In this document: positions 51,202 to 61,600 of the stretch, piece after piece
How positions within the stretch are numbered: the first letter of the stretch is position 1
Layout: every line of letters starts with the position of its first letter
IMG/VR virus record: IMGVR_UViG_3300022752_000020
Location: 1-64,000 of that record
Strand: one strand, 5' to 3'
Length of the DNA: 64,000 nt
Origin: a virus
The notes under the pieces: model-generated
The model's database searches: none
The model's input: the letters and a program-made list of their open reading frames with translations, nothing else
What the model was told of the DNA's origin: nothing
Position numbers and translations under genes: made by a program

Positions 51202-52182
51202 TTAGTATGTTCCGCAATCTACTATGTTGCTAAAATAAGGTCTACCCCCTTTGTCACTTTGCAATAAACTACCATTGACCAATGCTGGATTAGTAACTCC
51301 TAATGGACCATCGCCTTGTCCAAAAAGCATACCGCCTTCTGGTAATTCAACACGACCTGTACCACCATATGCTACCTCAATCACATCAGCTTGCCAACTA
51401 CCTTGTGTAATAGCACTTTCAATGACCACTGTGCCAGTACCACTTGGTGCAATTCTTAAATTCTGATTAAGAGCTGTAGTAATATTCTCAGTTTGTAAGT
51501 TTGGAACTTGAAAAGCACCTTCACTTGTTCCACTGTCACCAGTAAATATTTCATTATTATTAGTACCACTGGGTATGAATGTAAAAGTCTTAGTTGCTGC
51601 TTTAAAACCAAAAAAACCTAATTTGGCCTTACCTAAACCATCATTTGCGTCTGGATCCCACCAACGGAATTCAATACCACGATCTTTGCCTCCATCATAC
51701 TCTTGTGGGGGTGTATCACCACCAATTGTAATGATAGGATCATCAATTGTAGTTTGAACTGTGTTAACTTCTACGGTAGTTCCATTAACAAACAAGTTGC
51801 TATTAATGATCATGTTGTCATTGGCATCAATAGCAATTTTATTGGTCCAACTTCTATTACCATAATTGTCTGATACCAGCATAGCACGTAGAGTAGTGCT
51901 TGTAGGTGCTGTCATACCAGCATAGAAATCAGCTGTAACACCAACTACAGATTTTGGATTTTGATCTGTAGCAATGTTAGTTTCTGGATCAACTGTTCTC
52001 CATGGTACAAACAAGTTTGGTTCAGCTTCTGCTAACTTTAAATAACCATTCTTTTCTGGTTCGCCTGGGGTGCGTACTTCGTATCTGCTTTTACCAGATC
52101 CAAAGCCCTTGGTCATTATATCACGAGCCGGGACTTTTCTTACACGACCACTAAATAATTCAACTTTGGGTTGAGCTGCCAT
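51202..52182 (-). CDS. Tail fibre-like structural protein
   Basis: 326 aa; NL.VNGTT..VN....IDDPIITIG, DRGIEF, YGGTG and terminal DCGTY fibre-type motifs. Confidence 0.7.
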   Translation of the reverse strand: MAAQPKVELFSGRVRKVPARDIMTKGFGSGKSRYEVRTPGEPEKNGYLKLAEAEPNLFVPWRTVDPETNIATDQNPKSVVGVTADFYAGMTAPTSTTLRAMLVSDNYGNRSWTNKIAIDANDNMIINSNLFVNGTTVEVNTVQTTIDDPIITIGGDTPPQEYDGGKDRGIEFRWWDPDANDGLGKAKLGFFGFKAATKTFTFIPSGTNNNEIFTGDSGTSEGAFQVPNLQTENITTALNQNLRIAPSGTGTVVIESAITQGSWQADVIEVAYGGTGRVELPEGGMLFGQGDGPLGVTNPALVNGSLLQSDKGGRPYFSNIVDCGTY

Positions 52183-52214
52183 TTTTATCTATCCTTTATT
52201 AGTCCTTTGGACTA

Positions 52215-52553
52215 TTAATCGTTAGCTGATTCTAGAATACTTAAAGTAACTTTCAATGCGCCATTTTGACTACCTTGCACACGAAGACTATCACCTGATT
52301 CTAATACCAACTTTCCTGCAACAAAGCTAATAGCATCGCTGTTTGGAATTTCAAAATCATTAACTAATTCACTACTTACAACACCACGAACATGCCATGC
52401 TGTGAATGCTGCACTTGTACTATCTGTTATGTTTGTGACCTGGGTACCAAGTATAATACCTGTTACACCAGCTGGTGTTGTGTAGATATTAGTTGGGCTT
52501 GCTGTTACGCTTGCTGTCACGGTTTTAAATGCGTTTAAGGGTACTGTTGCCAT
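52215..52553 (-). CDS. Small beta-rich virion-associated protein
   Basis: 112 aa; IYTTP, GKLVLESGDSL; AAAGGA SD. Confidence 0.7.
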   Translation of the reverse strand: MATVPLNAFKTVTASVTASPTNIYTTPAGVTGIILGTQVTNITDSTSAAFTAWHVRGVVSSELVNDFEIPNSDAISFVAGKLVLESGDSLRVQGSQNGALKVTLSILESAND

Positions 52554-52578
52554 TTATTAAATCCTTTCTTTATTATTT

Positions 52579-52610
52579 GTTACTTACCTGCCTCCTGACA
52601 GGTAAGTAAC
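52579..52610. promoter_or_regulatory. Perfect 12-bp intergenic hairpin with a CAGGAGG loop
   Basis: GTTACTTACCTG-N8-CAGGTAAGTAAC; no U-tract on the coding strand. Confidence 0.6.
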
Positions 52611-52622
52611 CCTTTTCAACTA

Positions 52623-55600
52623 TTAACTCTGCAATGCTAGGATGTATGGTGTCACTACCCCTAACAAGCTCTTGTTAAATGCTCTACCTATAATACTACC
52701 TGAGTCACGCTTGATTGTTAAGTCTGGACCAATTCTAAAGTCACCCTTTTCATCTGTACTGGTGAAGTTAATAAATCCGCCCTTGTCACTTACAAGCTGA
52801 TTCTGGGGTTTTGGTACACCGCCGTTGTATGGTAAAGCACTATCTACGTCAATACCAGTTCCAACCCACTCTAGTGTGTGACCAGTTGTAGTAATTGTAC
52901 TAACTTGGTGGAATGTTGCGTATGTATTATCATTTACAGCACTTGTAAATGTTGCATCTAGCTGTATTACACTGATGTAACCATTTGTCAAGATATCTGT
53001 GAATGCATCAAACAATATTCCTAGGTTAGTAACTTCACTACTTGTAGCCGCTGTATTACTCTTGTCTTGATCTACATAGTTTTGGAAAGTCACTATTGGT
53101 TCGTTTCTTACAACTTTTGCAGCCAATGCACCTAGATATACAAAGCAAGCCACTGTAGCACTCTTACTATCAGCTGGGATCTGGAAACGACCACCACTGA
53201 AGTACTGTTCAGCAGCAAACTTGGTTCTACTATTACCACCATAGATCAAGTCATATGCTACAGCATCAATTGTAAGTCCTACATCACGCTTACATGTGTC
53301 TTGTAAGTAGCCAAATCCAGCATATGTTTCATTGATGAATGTAATTGTCTCTGCTGCGATTCTAGGAATAGCATCACGAGCTACTGCACGGATAATCAAG
53401 TATTCTGGATCAACTGTCTTATTAGCAATAACATCTGGTTCAACTAGAGCTGGTAATGTTTGACCTTTTAGTGCTTGATTAACATAACCAGCCTTTGTTA
53501 CAACATTTGAAATTGTTGTAGCATCAGAGACCACTGTTGTTGTTACTGGGGTTTGATTATTGCCTGCTGTTTTTGCTAGACCAGTTGTACCATTATTCAT
53601 TGTACCATCTAGTACATCTTCAAGGATAGCTTCTAATCTCTTGAATCCGCCAATAGTTGGAGCCTTTGTTGCTAGAGGAATAACTAGTCCGCCCTTGTAA
53701 GCATATTGTAATGCTACTTCTCTTGACTCTTTATTACCACCATGTAGTGCATCAAATGCTAGACCTTCTACAACAAATCCTACATCCTCTTCACACTTGG
53801 CTTGTCTGTATACAAAGAACTGAATCTTTGTACCAGTACCATCACCATTTGTATCCATGAATGCTTTCTTGATTTCAATACTTACTAGTGACTTCAAGCT
53901 CTGATTACCTGCCGTTCCACTATCAGCATCTGTCTTCAATCCTAATAGAGTAGCATTTCCACCTGTTGTTGGATTTGCTGGAGCTGCTATAGAACTTGCG
54001 GCTGCTGCTGTTAGAGCTGCTGTTAAATCAGCACTATCAATAATATCAATGATTCTATCAATAGCATTGCCAGCTTGTGTTGACTTAGTATTATCTCCTG
54101 CACCTGCTACACGACTTGTTATACTTTGTAACACTGTATAAGCACCATTATTTAATAGAGCCTGTACCACTGTCTTGAGTTGAGCGTAGGCTGCTAGAGT
54201 AGCTTCCTTCTCATTCTCACCACCTGTTATATCTGGATCATCAATATCAGTTGCATGTGTACCTAATGTTAGGCTGTTACCCTCCCAATATGCTAGACCA
54301 GCTTCAGTTGTAGCATTATTGCCACCATATGCAATATCATAACGTAGTGCATCTAATATTAGAGCAACGTCACGCTCACACTTGGCCTTGTTATAATCAA
54401 GCTCTGGATAATTTCTATCAATGAAAGCACGTACTTCAGCTTTGACAAAGTCATAGTTATTAGTTATAACAGTTGTTGCTGCATTAGCTGTGATACTTAA
54501 TGCTGGAGCTGCAACTGCACCACGATTCACGATATCAATGATTTCATTCATTCTAGCACGAGCTCTAGCAAGAGCTGTTGCATCTCCGCTTAATGCTGTT
54601 GAAAACACTTTCTTGATAAAGTATAAAGCACCAATTGTAGCTGATTTTTGCTCTGCTGTTACAACTTTACTATAACTTCTTAAGTATGACAAGCCTGCTG
54701 TTACACTTCTATAGTTAGTATTATTAGCAACATCTAATGCTACACTATCTACAATAATGTCAACATCACGTTCACACTTACCAACAATAGTTGTTGCATC
54801 GCCAGCATTACCTGTATAATCAAGATATGGTCTGCTGTTCATATACTCGAACACTTTCCATTGATTTAGTTCAGCTGCATTGGCTAATATTAGTGCTGCT
54901 GGAGCATATGTGCCATAACCATCTGGTAAGTCAAGAGCTGTCATACTACTAAAGCTTTCAGCAGTTACTACAGCAATGATTATATCAATCAATGTGTTTG
55001 CATCAGCTGATAATGTACCTTGTGTCAAATACCCTGTAGCTATAGTATTACCTCCTGATATACTATTACCACCAGTTGTGAATGGAGCACCTCCAGTACC
55101 ACTAGCTAATACAACTTTTAGAGCTGCCAACACTGCTAACATTGTAGCCTTCTCACCTGTAACATTACCAAGTGTTAGAGCATTACCTGTAATATATGCA
55201 CGGGCAGCAACTCTTGTAGCAGTATTACCACCATGATATAGATCATGAACAATTGCATCTACAATAAGCTTAATATCTCTTTGACATTCATCTAATTTAC
55301 CTGCTGCTGTTAGAGCTTGATAGGTAGAATTAAATTGATCCTGCATATATTCTGACAGTGCATCACTAATTTTATCTTTTGATGCTGTTAGAGCTAGTGT
55401 ATCAATCTGAGTTTTTTCAGCTGCTGCTCTGCCTGTGCTTGCTGCTGCTAGATCAACTGTGACATTTGCATTTGACTCTTCGTTAAGAATATCAATAACT
55501 ACCTGTAGTCTTGAACGAATTCTTGCACCTGCATCAGCATTGGTACTTACTAGATCACCAAGAGCTGCTTTTGCATACTCAAGAGCAGCAATGTGTGCCC

Positions 55601-58600
55601 ACTTCTGACGTGGTGTCTTGGCTATTGCATTGCTTGCAAGATTACGTAAGTATGCTTCACCAGCAGTCTTTGATAAGAAGTTACTGCCTGTAGCCACATC
55701 ACCGTAAATAGCCTCTAGTATATAACCTAGATCACGCTCACACTTCAATACATCATATACAAAGTATGCTCTATTATTGACCCAACGAATTACCTTATCC
55801 TGAGCGTTCTTCTTATTGCTTAGTAGAACATTTCTTGATACTTCTTTAGCAGTATCACTGCCTAGTAGTTCTGGATACTCGATAGCTGGTAGAGCACTTA
55901 AACCACCTGTGATTGTAGCTCTAATGATCTCAATCAATTGGCCTACTCTTGTAGCTGCTGTTACACCATTTACTGTACCACCAATATTAGCTAGTAAATC
56001 TATCTGTGTCTTTAAGTAGTTATAAGCTGCTAGAGTAGCTGTAGTCTCATCACTGTCAGGTCCTAGTTGGTTCGCTGTACCTACATAGTAGCTGCGAGCA
56101 TTGATTACAGTTGCCCAGTTTCCACCATGTGTTAGGTCATAACGTAATCCTTCTAGGATATACTGTAAGTCTCTTCTACATTTAGCCACAGTGTAAGCAC
56201 TTGGAGGATTATTAGCACCAATCCATGCGATAACATCATTAATAATAGTATCAATAACTGTTCCAGTAGAACCATTAGCACCTGCTAATGTTGTTGCTGT
56301 CCATTTTGCTGGGGTTGGAGCTGTACCGTAGTTCAGTGCTGGAACAGCATATTCACCACTAGCAGCAGCAGTTGGAACACCACCTACTAGACTTGAACCA
56401 TATAATACCTTGGTTATTGTCTCGATTCTGTTCTTAACTTCTGTACTGGCAGTTGCATTATTACCAACATAATTACCTAGTAACTGCTTGAGATACTTCA
56501 TTGCTAGTAATGTGATATGCTTCTGTTCTGCATCAAATACTTTTACAGCATTAGCACGGAGATAACCTTGAGCAGCACGAACTGTCATATAGTTACCACC
56601 TTGTACCATATCATAACCAACAGCTTCTGTAATAAATCCTACATCACGATAGCAACTAGCTTCATTGTACTGATACTGATTATAAGTTGCATTTATGTAA
56701 GCACTAATTTCCTTCTGCAAGAACGTCTTATTATTGATTAGAGCCTTAGCAGCCTTTTGTGCATTAGTTGTTGTAGCACTTGGCCAATTGATTGCTGGTG
56801 TTGCTTGATCATTTAGACCATTCTGGATTATCTCTAGGATAATGTCCATGTTAGCTGTCACACGCTCGTATGCAATACTATTTGTAGCACTAATACTTTG
56901 TAGTCTATCCTTCAAGTATGTAAATGCTGCTATAGTTGCTGACTTTTGTTGTTGAGTTGCTAGAGCATCTGCATTGAGCATTACTGCATTTCTCCAATAG
57001 CTACGTCCTGCTGTTACGCTACGGAAGTTGCTGTTCAATAACATATCCCAACGAACTGCATCAATTAACAATCCTGCATCACGTACACACTTATCCTTCT
57101 GAGTAGAAGTCATTAAGCCTGGGAAATTGGTATCTACATAAGCACCAACATCTGTCTTAATTGTGTTAGTCTGTAGTCTCATTGCTACACTGATTTCCTG
57201 TAGAGGAACTTCAGCCCAGCTTGCATCAGCTACTACTTCCTTAACACTGGTGTCAGCAGCACTAGTGATCAACTGATTAACTGTGTCAATCAATGCATCA
57301 ACGGCTGTCTTAACAGCAGTACCATTTCCAGCACTGCTTAATTCAGCTTTGATATATGTACCTAACTGTGTAAATGCTGTTTTTGTTAGATTTATATGAG
57401 CAGTAGTTCCTACTTCATTAGGTGCTGTACCTGTTGGGCCTAACACTGCACCACTGTAATAGCTCTGACCTGCTACCCATGATTCCATATTACCACCATA
57501 AGTTAGGTCAAATCTAATTGCATCAATCAAGTATCCAACATCACGTAAACAAGTTGCTTCATTATATCCTAAGAAGCTTGTTGTTTGTGTACCTAACCAT
57601 GTCTTCATTGAAGCTAGTAGACTATCCTTCTTGGCAGCAATTGTAGCTACTGCTGCTTGCCAGGTTGGATTGTAAGCGTTACGTGCATATGTATCTGTAC
57701 CATAATCCATTGTACCACTTACAGTTACTCCATACTCTAATACATCAATTACAACATTCATTGCAGCTCTTACTCTATTACTTGCTGTTTGATTGTTACC
57801 TGTTACAGCCAATAATAGTGACTTCAAGAATCTAAAGCTGGCTAGTGTTGCTTCTTTTTGTTGTAGTGTAGTAAAGTTTCCTGTTACTACTTGACTACGT
57901 AGGTATGCACGACCAGCTGTCCAGCTGCGGAATACATTACCAAACATCATGTCATAACGTACTGCATCAACTACATATCCAACATCACGCTGACACTTGG
58001 TTTTATCATAACTAAATCCTTGGAATGTAGCATCAATATAGTCAGTTACCTGTAGTCCCAAGCTTGTTTTACGATCTAACATTGTACTTGCGAACAATGC
58101 TAGATTATTGTCAACCCAACTTGTACTTGGTTTTGTAGCTGTTGGCTTATTAGTTATTGTACTATCCAAATAATCTCTTACAATGTTTACAAGAGCTTTA
58201 GCTTGAGCAGCAGCTTCAGCACTACCTGCATTTAAACTCCTAATTTGAGCAATGCTGTGACTTGCACTTTCATTAACATCTGTGTTCAATATCACTTGTT
58301 CGATCACTGTTGCTATTCTACTAAATGCATTTTTAGTAGCTGTTAGTTGTGCGAGTGGTAAACTATCAGGTACTGCTGCATCTGGGCTGTTAGCCTCATA
58401 GTATGCAATAGCTGCTGTTACAGTTTCTAAACTACCACCGTAGGTTAAATCATATAATACAGCATCTAAAATCAAGCCTACGTCACGCTTACATTTAGCT
58501 ACATTATATCCAGCTGGAGGACTATTCGCCTGTACAAATCTATAAGCTTCTTCAATTAAGTATTCAAAGTTAGCTTTAACAACATTTGTAGCGTTCAAAT

Positions 58601-61600
58601 AACCAATGTCCACTGCATTTGGTGTAGCACCATATGGAGTTGAAATTTGTGGTATAGCTCCAGTACCTGTATTTAGAATATTTAGAACTAGATCCATTAG
58701 AGCTGCAACACGATCTTTGGCTAAATCATCGCTCTTAACGATTTCATCAAGAGCAACTTTAACTACACCAAAGGCTGCTATTGTAGCTGGCTTTTGACTG
58801 CCACTACCATTACTACCATTTGTGAATGTACCAGTAAGCACTTGACTACGATAATAGCTACGAGCAGCAACGATAGTTCTAAAGTTACTGTTAAACATCA
58901 TATCCCAACGTACAGCTTCAACAACCAACTGTACATCACGCTGACATTTTTCTATGTTATAGTTTCCTGCTAGTACTGGGAAGTTAGCATTCACATAGTC
59001 TGTTGTAGCTTTAGCTACTGTAGCAGCTTCAGATTTTAACTTGTCGCTGAATACATATAACTCACTATCAACCCAACTTGTGTCTGCTTCAACTTTAATT
59101 GGATCTTCAATCTTTGGATCAATGAAACTGATTATTTGATCAACCAATGTAGTTGCTGTAGCTACTGCACCACCTGCTGCTGCTGTAGTAATCAAGTTCT
59201 TAAAGTAAGCATATGCATCTGCTGTACCTAATTTTTCTGTACCAAGAGCTTCACCATCATAGTAGGCCTTACCTGCTACAATAGTTTCTTGATTACCACC
59301 ATAGGTCAAGTCATATGTAATTGCATCTAATATAAACTTGATATCTTGACGACACTTGGCCTTATTGGCGTTGCTATTTTGCGTCCAATATGTTTCAAAA
59401 GTTGTGTCAAAATTACCGTTTTTATTAGTAACTTGATCATCAATCCACTGTATTAGATCTCTTTCAAGAGTCAGTCTAGCTTGATTAATCTTATTTCTTG
59501 CTGTGATTCTTGATGTTTGATCAGCTACAGCAGCATCATAATCAGCTTGTACATCAAAGTCATTTACATCTAATACTGGAGTTGGATGGATATAGAACGA
59601 TGCGGTGCTATTCTTAACTACTGCACCACTAGCATGACTAAATCCTTGTCTTACTGTGGCACCGTTGATAGCACTGGCAGCAGTTGTAGTACCACTACCT
59701 CTGGTTAAACCTACAAATGTAGTAGCAGTTTTACCTGTGTATGTAATCTGCTCTGTACCAATTACTAGGAAACCTTTATTTGGGAATCCAGTTGTGCTGG
59801 CCACTGTGATTGCTGTGACACTAGCATCTATGGCACCATTCAATGTTGTTGTAGCAGCACCAACTGCTCTTGTACATCCAGTAAATGTATTTGATGTTTT
59901 ATTTGTATAACTAATAGTTTCATCACCAATTACTATACTACCTGCACTTAAGAAATTAGCTGTACCATTATTCACTGTTGTAATTGTACCAACTACAGCA
60001 TTGTTAATAGCACCTAGTGTAGTAGTTACATAACCATCCTTGGCTGGTGTATCTAGACCTGTATCTAAATTAAAGCCTAGGCTTGTTAATGTAGCATTAC
60101 CAGCATCACCTTGTAAAATTGCTAGGAAGATATCAAATAATCTTTCTGCTCTTTCACGTATAGCTATTGTCTTAACTTGACCACTACCACCTGTTGTTGT
60201 ACTTGGAGTACCTGTAGCAACAAACACTTGGTTAGCACTATTACTTAAAGCACCTAACTTGGTATAATCTGTGATATAACGAGCAGTACCTGTACCTGAA
60301 CCAATATCAGCAGCAGTAAATTCATTACCAGCTGCGTAGGTAATACCTGTTGTACCAGCAGCACCATTAAAGTCTGTAATACCTAGTAATACAACCTTAT
60401 ACTTGCCACCAACTACAAAGCTACCTGCTGTTTGTACATCAGCACCTTCTGTTACAATCTTATACTCAACACCTGGTCTCAATGCATCAGCAGCAACTTT
60501 AGCATCTAGAGTTTGTGTATCTAACAAGCCCTGTGTAATAACTTCATCTAATACATCTAGACTTGGTCTTACTTCAAATGTTAGACCTGCTGTAGTACCT
60601 GGAGTTACTCTAATTGGAGCACCATCAATAGTTTCACTTAGCTGGAAACTGGTTGTTGTTGGTGTACCAATGATGTAGTAGGTCTTTGGCTGTGTAGCAA
60701 TGTTGCTGAAATCCTCAAGAGTAGCTGTACCTGTTTGATATGTACCTGCAACACGAACTGGAAGGTCTTTTCTTAATAGACCTGCTCTTGTAGTTGTAGT
60801 ATCTGTACATGTAAACTTGCCAGTAGTTCTTGTGAATATTAGACCAGTTGTGGTATTATTAGCACCAGTAATGGTTGTTACAGCAACAGGATTTGTAGCA
60901 GTTGAACTCAACTTCAACAGTGTTAGTGTTGTAGTATTTGCACCTTTGGTGATTGCACTGACTTTAAATGTCTGTGGTGCTGTGAATTGAGCACCAGCAG
61001 TTACAGTATCATCATCAATGCTTGCTGTACCTGTGGTTACTGTACCTGTTACAGTGATATAATCAGTAGGAGCAATATCTACGGCTGGATTAGGGAAAGT
61101 AATCTGACCAGTAGTATTGTTAATTGTAACAATACTGCTTGTAGCACTTTGAACAAATGTAATTATATCATTAGCGCCATGTGCTTCTGCCACTGTACCG
61201 CCAGTAGCTCTTGTTACACCAGTAAATGTTGTTGCACCTTTACCTGTATATGTAAAGAACTCTGCTCCAATACTAATTGTACCAGCTGTTGGGAATCCAA
61301 CTGTGCTGGCCACTGTTATTGTACCTGCACCTGCTAGTGTATCACCAGATAAAATACCTGTGCTTAGAGTAGTTGTACCAGCATTAAGCACTGTACTATC
61401 TACTGTAACACCACTTAATTTCTTACCTAAAATTCTTTCCTTTAATTCTTGGAATGCTTTTAGGTTAGCAGCAGCTTGAGCACCACTGTTTACCACGTTA
61501 GCAAAACTTCTGCGATAGCTACGTCCTGCACTGATTGTTCTAAAGCTTGTACCAAACATCATATCATAGCGAATAGCATCTAGTACTAGTCCAACATCTC

